Both the position numbers and the translations under genes were made by a program. The notes beneath the pieces are model-generated. The model saw nothing but the letters and a program-made list of their open reading frames with translations. It searched no databases and was not told the origin of the DNA. Below are positions 1-6,849 of a DNA stretch of 36,589 nt, in pieces. The DNA is from an uncultured Acidimicrobiaceae bacterium. Lineage in GTDB: Bacteria > Actinomycetota > Acidimicrobiia > Acidimicrobiales > Bog-793. The stretch's first letter is position 1, and each line of letters begins with the position of its first letter. The stretch is taken from the NCBI GenBank assembly GCA_903907185.1, contig CAIVND010000004.1, positions 1-36,589 of the forward strand, read 5' to 3'.

Positions 1-1205
1 ACCTGCACTACCAGAGACGGTTCCTGTGTCGGTTGCAGTACCAGTCGAACTCACTGGATTGGCAGTCCCGCTCAGCGATGACTGGGTCGTCGTGGTCGTG
101 GCTGCTGCGAGAACGTTGAAGCACTCTGGTGTCGAGCTGGTGTCCGAGGAAGTTGCATAGATTCCGTCACCTGCGTAGGCCGAGAAGAAGCAGTAGAAGC
201 CGGCCTTGTTGACGGGGATCGTCGGCGACTTCGCCGTTGCCGTGGTGGTCGACTCTCCATGGCTTAGCGCAACGGCACCGATCTGCGATCCGCTCGTAGA
301 ACAGTTAGTTGGTGAGGCCGTAGTGCTGAAGCAGTCATAGAAGGTGACGTTGCCTGTCGGTGCTACCCCGGCGTTACCAGTGACCGTCGCAGTATCAAAG
401 GCCGTGCCCGTCGCACTAACTGGACTCGTTCCAGTGAGTGAGGACTGCGTAGTGGTTACCGACACGTTCTTGCCAACATTGAAGCACTCAGGAGTGGTGC
501 TGATGTCCGAGGACACGTTGTAGTTTGCATCTCCGTTGTAGACCGAGAAGAAGCAGTAGAAACCAATAGCCGTGGCAGAGATCGATGGCGATGTAGCCGT
601 TGCTGAGCTACTGGATTGGGTTACCAACGTGACGGAGCCAATATGAGTTGGAGTTGGAGTTACAACGGTCGCAGAACAGTTGGTCGGTGAGACCGTCGTG
701 CTGAAGCAGTCATAGAAATCGACAGTTCCTGTTGGGGCCACGCCAGCTGTACCGGAGACCGTAGCCGTGTCGGTTGCCGTCCCATTCGGAGTCACATTGA
801 CACTGCCAATCAACGATGACTGCGTACCGGTAAGGGAGGCAGCCTTAACAACACTGAAGCACTCAGGAACGGAGTTGCTATCAGACGAGGGCGAGTAGTT
901 CTCGTCGCCGGAGTAGCTCGAGAAGAAGCAGTAGAAACCGGCCGCGTTCGCCTGAATCGTCGCTGACGTTGCTGTCGAGGTCGTGGTCGATTGACCATGG
1001 CTAAGAAATACATCGCCACCTACAGGAGCTCCATTTGAAGCAGAACAGTTGGTCGGTGAGGCCGTGGTGCTGAAGCAGTCGTAGAAGTTGATCTTCCCTG
1101 TTGGAGCTACGCCAGCATTTCCAGAGACGGTCGCAACATCAAAGGCTGTTCCGTTCGAACTTACTGGGTTGGCGTTGCCAGTCAGCGAGGACTGCGTAGT
1201 TGTGG
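1..1205 (-). repeat. In-frame coding tandem repeats of ~365-375 bp (3 full units plus 1 partial) inside the Ig-like-repeat gene
   Basis: Plus-strand landmarks recur with a ~370-bp period. gaagcactc(t/a)gg is near 113, 481 and 855. gagaagaagcagtagaa is near 181, 545 and 920. gctgaagcagtc(a/g)tagaa is near 325, 700 and 1070. (g/t)gactgcgt(a)g is near 445, 820 and 1190. The copies are diverged at DNA level. Confidence 0.8.
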
Positions 1206-1680
1206 TCGAAGGTGCCTTGCAGATATTCGGAAGTGTGGTTGTCCCCTGTGCCGGTGCACTGAACTGATCACTCCACAGACTGGAGATGTTGAGTTGAACC
1301 GTGCCAGTGTCGGTTCCTGGAAGAGTCTCAACCACGGTACCGGTTCCAAGTGGGTTGTTTGGATAGTTCACGGTTACGCCGACGTTCACCGACAACGGCG
1401 TGATGTTCGAAAGCAGTGCGGTTCCGTGTTGAACACTTGTGCCGGTAACAGTTGCCGACTCTGTCTCATTGAAGTCGTTGGTGATCGTCCATGTGACGAC
1501 CCAACTCCCATTTGTACAAACCGGAGACCCACTCAGAAGGTTCGCATGGGCCGATGCAACGGTCGCACCAACAAACACAAATGCGAACGAAGCAACAAGG
1601 GTCACCGATGCGAGTGCGGCGCGGCGGCGCGCTCCCTTGATGAGACCAATACCAAAGTTTTGCGGTCGTCTAATATTCAT
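1..1680 (-). CDS. Secreted tandem Ig-like-repeat protein; C-terminal end runs off the window; absent from the supplied ORF track
   Basis: My own minus-strand translation from ATG 1680-1678 is open for all 560 codons down to position 1. AAGGAG lies 11 nt upstream; an alternative GTG is at 1683. The N-terminus MNIRRPQNFGIGLIKGARRRAALASVTLVASFAFVFVGATVASAHA looks like a signal peptide. A unique domain of about 130 aa follows, then ~122-aa repeats with conserved TTQSSL..G.AGVAPTG...FYDCFS...PTNCS....GFYCFFS.Y.GD.NY..S.D...PECF. No stop codon lies in the window, which explains its absence from the track. Confidence 0.8.
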   Translation of the reverse strand, partial: MNIRRPQNFGIGLIKGARRRAALASVTLVASFAFVFVGATVASAHANLLSGSPVCTNGSWVVTWTITNDFNETESATVTGTSVQHGTALLSNITPLSVNVGVTVNYPNNPLGTGTVVETLPGTDTGTVQLNISSLWSDQFSAPAQGTTTLPNICKAPSTTTTQSSLTGNANPVSSNGTAFDVATVSGNAGVAPTGKINFYDCFSTTASPTNCSASNGAPVGGDVFLSHGQSTTTSTATSATIQANAAGFYCFFSSYSGDENYSPSSDSNSVPECFSVVKAASLTGTQSSLIGSVNVTPNGTATDTATVSGTAGVAPTGTVDFYDCFSTTVSPTNCSATVVTPTPTHIGSVTLVTQSSSSATATSPSISATAIGFYCFFSVYNGDANYNVSSDISTTPECFNVGKNVSVTTTQSSLTGTSPVSATGTAFDTATVTGNAGVAPTGNVTFYDCFSTTASPTNCSTSGSQIGAVALSHGESTTTATAKSPTIPVNKAGFYCFFSAYAGDGIYATSSDTSSTPECFNVLAAATTTTTQSSLSGTANPVSSTGTATDTGTVSGSAG

Positions 1681-2054
1681 CACGAATCCCACTCCTTATC
1701 TCTCCATTGCGGAAAGGGGTGGATTCGCTATTAGCTCGTCTCGACCGTAAGCGACCATCTGTCGGTCGAGAGTCAACGCTCCCTCGGTTGATATGGTAAC
1801 GCTCTTTATCTCGCTTGCAAGTACCGAATTTTTCCAAAATGCCGTGTTATGCAGGAAAAACAACGAAACGCGTACAAATTTGATCCAAGCCGTGCACTCT
1901 TAGGTGGACTTCGGCAGTGAGGCCCCACCGACTCACAACAGATCAACAATTTTTTTTTTCTAGCCAAAGAAATAGCGACAAAGCCCCGTTATAACAGGCC
2001 ACTTTGACAAGCTCAACGCCCCCTTAGCTCCAGAGTCACAAGTTATTGTGCAAC

Positions 2055-2579
2055 ATGGTGACGACGAAACGTGATGGATTTGCGAGTGTGTGCTCAGACG
2101 ATTCATCTGATCCTCGTTATCGCTATACGTTCATCCGAACTCGAACAACAGGACTTCGGCGCGCAACAGTCATCCTCCACAATCCAGTTCACCGCGGCGA
2201 TCGAGCGGACCCAACAACTGGGAGATGCATGACGTGGCTCTGTTCCAATGGAGAGATCGGTGAAGTTGCCTTCGTCAATCTCTTCGCCTACAGACATCGC
2301 GATCCGCTTGCGCTCATCGCGCTTGCCCGCAGTGGTGTGGACGTCGTTGGTCCAAGCAATGATGAGCACATCTTGGCCGAGATAGGAAGGTCCGACCTTG
2401 TTGTCGTTGCCTGGGGCGCGATTCCATCGCGGATTGATTCAACGAGAGCATCACAAGTACTGGCTCTTGTAAAGGAGCCTTACTGCTTTGGTGTCAATAG
2501 TGGGGGCAGTCCAATCCATCCAAACCGACGAGGGCTGAGCGTAAGCCTGAGCCGTCGTCAGTACGTTGGAGCCGGATAG
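2055..2579 (+). CDS. DUF1643-family protein (function unknown)
   Basis: The translation contains RYRYTFIRT, ILHNP, DPTTGRC, VNLFAYRHRDP, NDEHI, VVVAWGA and GSPIHP. This matches my memory of the DUF1643 consensus (RYRY..R.W / MLNPS / DPT.RRC / NLFA.R / AWG / G.P.HP). The track ORF starts at TTG 2046; ATG 2055 (MVTTKRDGF...) fits the family N-terminus better. Confidence 0.75.
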   Translation: MVTTKRDGFASVCSDDSSDPRYRYTFIRTRTTGLRRATVILHNPVHRGDRADPTTGRCMTWLCSNGEIGEVAFVNLFAYRHRDPLALIALARSGVDVVGPSNDEHILAEIGRSDLVVVAWGAIPSRIDSTRASQVLALVKEPYCFGVNSGGSPIHPNRRGLSVSLSRRQYVGAG

Positions 2580-2709
2580 ACACCGGCGAGGGGACTGATG
2601 CTGTATCGCAGGGGCGACTGCTCATCATTCGATCAGTGCAGTTCTTAAGCGTGGTGACAACTTAGGATGAATGCCGAGAGCGGGCAAAATTTTTGCATTC
2701 ATCTCTCGA

Positions 2710-2782
<73 letters not shown>

Positions 2783-3947
2783 CTCATAATCCCAGGTCAG
2801 GGACTCGTTAGGTCGCCCGGTACAGCCAGAAGGCACTCTTCACCCAACAGACACCCAACTATCGGGTAAGGAGTGAAGAAGATTGGCAGGAAGCATCCGA
2901 CTAGTACGGGGTAAAGATGTCTGGGAGCTTCGCGTTTTCGCGGGACGAGACTCGTCTGGGAAGGTTCGTCATGTCCATCTGAAATTTCGCGGTTCGCGCC
3001 GCGCAGCAGAACGCGAACTAGCCCGACTAGTAGCAGAGCAAGGGCTAACACGAAGGATCACCCCAGAACCAGGGGCCGACTGGGGACCAAACACCACGAT
3101 CAACGACGCCATCAATGCTTGGCGCGAGAACGGCTGGGAGGACCTCTCACCTTCGACCACAAGGCGTTATGAGAGCATCGTCAAGGTCCACATCGCTCCC
3201 AGCATCGGCAAAAAGAAGATCGTCTTGCTCAGCCCTTACGAAGTCGAGCGTTTCTTGCGCAACTTGAAGAACGCCGGTCTCTCACAGTCGAGCGTGCATC
3301 AGGTGCGAGCGGTAATGGCCAGAGCTTGTCACCTCGCCCGACGTTGGAGCGGCAACACTCTCCCGAACCCGATCGCGGACACTGAGCTCCCCTCATGGGG
3401 AATTGCCGGACAAGCCAGCGTCCGAGCCCCGGAGCTCGAAGAAGTGCGTTCGTTACTCCGTGGAGCAAAAACTGATAGTCAACATCTTCTGACGTTCTTC
3501 TCATTAATCGTGGCGACAGGAATGCGACGGGGAGAGGCATGTGCCCTACGGTGGCGCGACGTCGACTTCGAAGACCAAACCATTCATGTCAACGAATCCA
3601 TTGTCGCCGCCTCTGGACGTGAGCATTCATCTTTAATCCGCCGGAAAGATTTCCTGAATTTGCACCGGTCATCCATGCGAAAGGACGGAAATCCCTCCAA
3701 AGCATCTGAATACGGACCAACTACATCGATCTCCTCGATTGCCTCGTGGATGATCTTGTCGCCGGCCAACGATCTGCGCTTCGTCGTACCTACCGCAGAG
3801 CGAATAGCCCTTGTCGATGGATCACCCACTGCTCCCGACGCGTCCACGCGAACAGAGATGAACCGTAGGAGAGGAGGAGCACATGCCGGTAGATAGCAGC
3901 GGTCGATGCTTCCTACCCGCGAGTCTGCTCAACTAATCCCAGTCCAG
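2783..3947 (+). mobile_element. Putative relic of a tRNA-integrated element, reduced to a truncated integrase gene between short att-like repeats
   Basis: ctcataatcccaggtcag (2783-2800) starts immediately 3' of the tRNA and repeats the anticodon-arm 12-mer actcataatccc (2740-2751 = 2782-2793). A third related copy, ctca[ac]taatcccagtccag, lies at 3928-3947 just past the integrase remnant; taatcccag is identical at 2787-2795 and 3934-3942. The boundaries are inferred. Confidence 0.4.
2883..3896 (+). pseudogene. Tyrosine recombinase (phage-type integrase), apparently truncated or degenerate in the catalytic domain
   Basis: The N-terminal ~245 aa look like an actinobacterial phage integrase (MAGSIRLVRGKDVWELRVFAGRD..., core-binding region, box I ATGMRRGEACALRWRDVDF). 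After ...IHVNESIVAASG (about 3615) the ORF continues as low-complexity sequence. It has no HxxR/HDLRH box and no catalytic Tyr motif. I found neither motif in the other two plus frames from 3600 to 3900. Confidence 0.65.
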
Positions 3948-4056
3948 ATCACCAATTACGGTGGAACGCTTTCGTATCACGCTCGAATCAGGCGATGCCC
4001 AAGATCGAGGTCGGGTTACTATTGGCCATGCCTCTCGTATTGTGTGGATCTCACCA

Positions 4057-5250
4057 ATGTTGAGCTTGATCACCAACAGAGGCGTGTTGCCTATCCAGAC
4101 ACTCCTGGATTTCAAAGATGACGCTTCCATCTTTAGTGCTGATTCTGAGATCCCGGTTGAGAATTTTCAACCAGCAAGCCTTGATCTTCGGCTAGGCGAT
4201 ATCGCATACCGGATTCAATGCAGCTTTCTGCCGGGTGACGACGGAGTCGAGAGACGCCTCAAAGATTTCGCCATAAACGAACTGGACCTCAAAGCTGAGG
4301 GCGCAGTTCTGGAAGCGAACCGGCCATACCTCATCCCCTTGAAAGAGCAACTCGCTCTCCCCGCCAACATCAGAGGAAGAGCAAACCCAAAAAGTTCGAC
4401 GGGCCGCTTGGACGTTTTCACAAGGCTGCTTACCGAAGACGGCAACCGATTCGATGAGATACCGGCCGGGTACCACGGTCGTCTCTACCTTGAAGTGGTC
4501 CCCCTGTCTTTTCCCATCCGGGTCCGCGAAGACCTCACGCTGAACCAACTACGCCTAATCGCGGGCAACCCAGACCTGTCCGATGACGAGATACGAACGC
4601 TGCATCGGGCCCGACCCATTATCTACCGGGCCGGCCGCGCGGTGCCTGAGGATGAACTACCCCTTTCGAACGGCCTCTTCCTCGGCCTTGATGTGCGAGG
4701 CATTGGGAACCGGACGAGGATCGGATACAAAGCCAAAAAGAATGCGCCGCTCCTTGATATGACTACTTCGGAGGCAATACCACCCGAACCGTTCTGGGAC
4801 ACGGTTTACCCAGATCCTGAAGGCCGACTCATACTTGATCCAAACGACTTCTATCTCATCATGTCTCGAGATTTTGTATCGATCCCACCAGACGTTGCGT
4901 CAGAGATGACGGCCTACGATCCAACCAGCGGAGAGCTACGAACTCATTACGCCGGGTTTTTCGATCCAGGATTTGGATATGACCCCGCGGGTCGATTAAG
5001 GGGATCGCGAGCAGCACTTGAAATCCGTGCACATGATGTGCCATTCCTCGTTGAGCATGGTCAACCGGTTTGCAAACTCACCTTTGAGTGGATGATCCAG
5101 GCGCCGAGCACTCACTATGGACATCGCATTGGGTCGAACTACCAGCAACAGGTTGAGACACTCAGCAAATATTTTGTCCGCCAGCCCTCAAGTGCTGAAG
5201 AGGCCCAGTTTGCCAATGCCGAGACTGAACCCACCATTAAGCACGATTGA
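4057..5250 (+). CDS. Long-form 2'-deoxycytidine 5'-triphosphate deaminase family protein (PF06559/DCD-like, duplicated dUTPase-like fold)
   Basis: The translation contains QPASLDLRLGDIAYRIQCSFLPG, ANPKSSTGRLDVFTRLLTEDG, IPAGYHGRLYLEVVPLSFPIRV and LEIRAHDVPFLVEHGQPVCKLTFE. These match my memory of the ~370-aa DCD family of alphaproteobacteria. The track ORF starts at GTG 3961; ATG 4057 (MLSLITNRGVLPIQTLLDF) matches the family N-terminus. Confidence 0.75.
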   Translation: MLSLITNRGVLPIQTLLDFKDDASIFSADSEIPVENFQPASLDLRLGDIAYRIQCSFLPGDDGVERRLKDFAINELDLKAEGAVLEANRPYLIPLKEQLALPANIRGRANPKSSTGRLDVFTRLLTEDGNRFDEIPAGYHGRLYLEVVPLSFPIRVREDLTLNQLRLIAGNPDLSDDEIRTLHRARPIIYRAGRAVPEDELPLSNGLFLGLDVRGIGNRTRIGYKAKKNAPLLDMTTSEAIPPEPFWDTVYPDPEGRLILDPNDFYLIMSRDFVSIPPDVASEMTAYDPTSGELRTHYAGFFDPGFGYDPAGRLRGSRAALEIRAHDVPFLVEHGQPVCKLTFEWMIQAPSTHYGHRIGSNYQQQVETLSKYFVRQPSSAEEAQFANAETEPTIKHD

Positions 5251-5274
5251 CGACTTTGCGTCCTCGTCTCGCCT

Positions 5275-5586
5275 CTAGGGCGAAGATGGTGGGAGCGAAG
5301 GTCCCTGCTCTGGTCGTAGGTCAAGCAACGGTCCCTCGTATCCCGAATGAAAACCAACTCGGTAGTCGTTCGCTGAATCGAAGTACGAGGCTTTTGGATT
5401 GAACTTTACCGCGATTGGCATATTGCCAGTAGGAGTGAACTGCGGCACGGTGCCCGCTCGTTTGAACTCATTCTGTTTTGCACCGAACCAAAATTCGTCA
5501 CCGGTGGTCCATGAGTCAGCAGCGGGGTGAAGCATATGGACTGGGTTATCTCCCGAAAGCTTTTGATAGAGCGCGACATCGGGCAC
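5275..5586 (-). CDS. Hypothetical 103-aa ORF, possibly the 3' fragment of a larger gene
   Basis: It has a GTG start, with an in-frame stop only 2 codons upstream. I recognised no family motif (..SWTTGDEFWFGAKQNEF..SYFDSANDYRVGFHSGYEGP..). Third-position GC looks lower than in core genes. It abuts a divergent gene fragment at about 5570-5590. Confidence 0.3.
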   Translation of the reverse strand: MPDVALYQKLSGDNPVHMLHPAADSWTTGDEFWFGAKQNEFKRAGTVPQFTPTGNMPIAVKFNPKASYFDSANDYRVGFHSGYEGPLLDLRPEQGPSLPPSSP

Positions 5587-5884
5587 GACAGATCAATTCG
5601 GTCGGCCGGCCAATAAGATGCGCGAGCTTGCCTGTCCTCCGTACTACGCGATTGCCGTTTCACCGACGCTGGTCAACACGCAAGGTGGTCCGCGTCGAAA
5701 CGCCCTCGGTGAGATCATCCGCCCCGACGGTTCTCCGATCTCAGGCCTCTACGGCGCCGGAGAGATGGGTTCGATATGGACCCGAATGTACCCAAGCGGA
5801 GGCAACGTCGCCGAGACCATCGTCTCTGGACGACAGGCAATCACCAGCGCGCTTGCGCGTCTTGCACCTGGGGTGAGTTCGTAG
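5570..5884 (+). pseudogene. C-terminal fragment (~100 aa) of an FAD-binding flavoprotein oxidoreductase (fumarate reductase/KstD-like family)
   Basis: The frame is open from 5570. DQFGRPANKMRELACPPYYAIAVSPTLVNTQGGPRRNALGEIIRPDGSPISGLYGAGEMGS...YPSGGNVAETIVSGRQAITSA matches the C-terminal FAD-binding segment of ~550-aa flavoproteins (..PFYA..V.P...T.GG......G.PI.GLYAAGE....Y.G.G......GR.AG). The ~450 N-terminal residues are absent. Confidence 0.6.
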
Positions 5885-6033
5885 AATCTCGTCCTTGCCC
5901 ACTCTCCCGATGAGATCGATCAGCACGAAACGTTGACCAGTTGGCGAGATGCATAGTGACCCTGAGACATTCGCCGTAGAGTCTTGGGCAAGGAGGCCGT
6001 GGTGACACCAGTAAGAAGTAGTCGGACATATTC

Positions 6034-6849
6034 ATGTGCGCAGATGAATCCGAACTCTTCGAACGTTGTCGCGCCACGATGACCGAGACCGCACCAGAGT
6101 TGACTGACCTCGGACTCCCAACACAGATCGTGGCATGTCTCTTTGATCTCGACGGCGTGCTGACCGATACGGCATCGGTCCATGCAGCCGCGTGGAAGGA
6201 GATGTTCGATGCATTCTTGGCAGCCCAGGCAACGAGGAACGGACACCCCTTTGTTCCCTTTGATATCAAGAGTGAGTACACCGCCTACGTCGATGGAAAA
6301 ACACGCCTCGACGGAACCCGAGCCTTTCTTAACTCACGTCACATCGCGCTTCCCGAGGGAAAGGCTGGTGACCCATCGGGGGCAGAGACGATCAACGGCC
6401 TTGCTAACGCGAAGAACGCACTCGTGCTGAAAAAAATTGCCACCGAGGGCGTGACCCCCTATGCCGGATCGATCGCCTATCTCCATGCCGTCCAACATGC
6501 CGGCCTTCGCCGTGCCGTTGTCTCTTCAAGCGCAAACTGCGAGGCGGTACTCCAGTCCGCAGGTATCGCCGATCTGTTTGAACTGCGCGTCGATGGCGTC
6601 ACCGTGCAACAGGAGCACCTCGCCGGCAAACCCGCACCGGATACCTTCCTCGCAGCAGCAACGGCCCTCAACCTCAAGCCCAACCAGGCTGCCGTATTTG
6701 AGGATGCGCTCGCTGGAGTCGAGGCTGGCCGCGCCGGCCAATTTGGCTTCGTCGTGGGCGTCGACCGTGTTGGTCAGACTGCCGCACTCTACAAACACGG
6801 TGCCGACACGGTCGTCACCGACCTTGCACAGCTCCTAAGGAAACCATGA
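6034..6849 (+). CDS. Beta-phosphoglucomutase-family HAD hydrolase (Rv3400-like)
   Basis: HAD motif I is present in ACLFDLDGVLTDTASVHAAAW. Also present are VVSSSAN, GKPAPDTFL and AVFEDALAGVEAGRAG. The architecture is as I recall for M. tuberculosis Rv3400. An alternative start at ATG 6079 (MTETAPEL) is possible. Confidence 0.85.
   Translation: MCADESELFERCRATMTETAPELTDLGLPTQIVACLFDLDGVLTDTASVHAAAWKEMFDAFLAAQATRNGHPFVPFDIKSEYTAYVDGKTRLDGTRAFLNSRHIALPEGKAGDPSGAETINGLANAKNALVLKKIATEGVTPYAGSIAYLHAVQHAGLRRAVVSSSANCEAVLQSAGIADLFELRVDGVTVQQEHLAGKPAPDTFLAAATALNLKPNQAAVFEDALAGVEAGRAGQFGFVVGVDRVGQTAALYKHGADTVVTDLAQLLRKP

Noticed and set aside
1-1205. The ~370-bp periodic repeats as a possible CRISPR or other non-coding array
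   Set aside because: The period is far too long and the copies too diverged for CRISPR. The repeats are in frame and encode a conserved protein domain.
1294-1750. Plus-strand ORFs 1294-1734 and 1439-1750 from the track
   Set aside because: They lie antisense to the signal-peptide and N-terminal domain region of the much longer minus-strand repeat-protein gene. Their translations are Cys/Arg-rich with no motifs.
1950-1959. T10 tract in the divergent spacer between the repeat-protein gene and the DUF1643 gene
   Set aside because: It is not preceded by a usable hairpin, so it is not a terminator. I could not place it between convincing -35/-10 boxes, so a phase-variation claim would be unsupported.
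2666-2703. Inverted repeat ggatgaatgc/gcattcatc with an inner gcaaaa-t-ttttgc palindrome just upstream of the tRNA
   Set aside because: It could be a terminator for the DUF1643 gene or part of the tRNA promoter. It has no T-tract and I could not assign -35/-10 boxes, so it is noted without a functional call.
3584-3928. Minus-strand open frame antisense to the 3' part of the integrase ORF, considered as a possible inverted integrase C-terminus or separate gene
   Set aside because: It has no HxxR/Tyr integrase boxes and no other motif I recognise. It is most simply a chance open frame in decayed sequence.
4057-5250. Assigning the dCTP-deaminase-family gene to the known DcdV/dCTP-deaminase defence systems
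   Set aside because: As I recall them, the published defensive enzymes are zinc-dependent cytidine-deaminase-fold proteins with an N-terminal kinase-like domain. This protein has the dUTPase-like DCD architecture and no kinase domain, so only a speculative analogy is justified.
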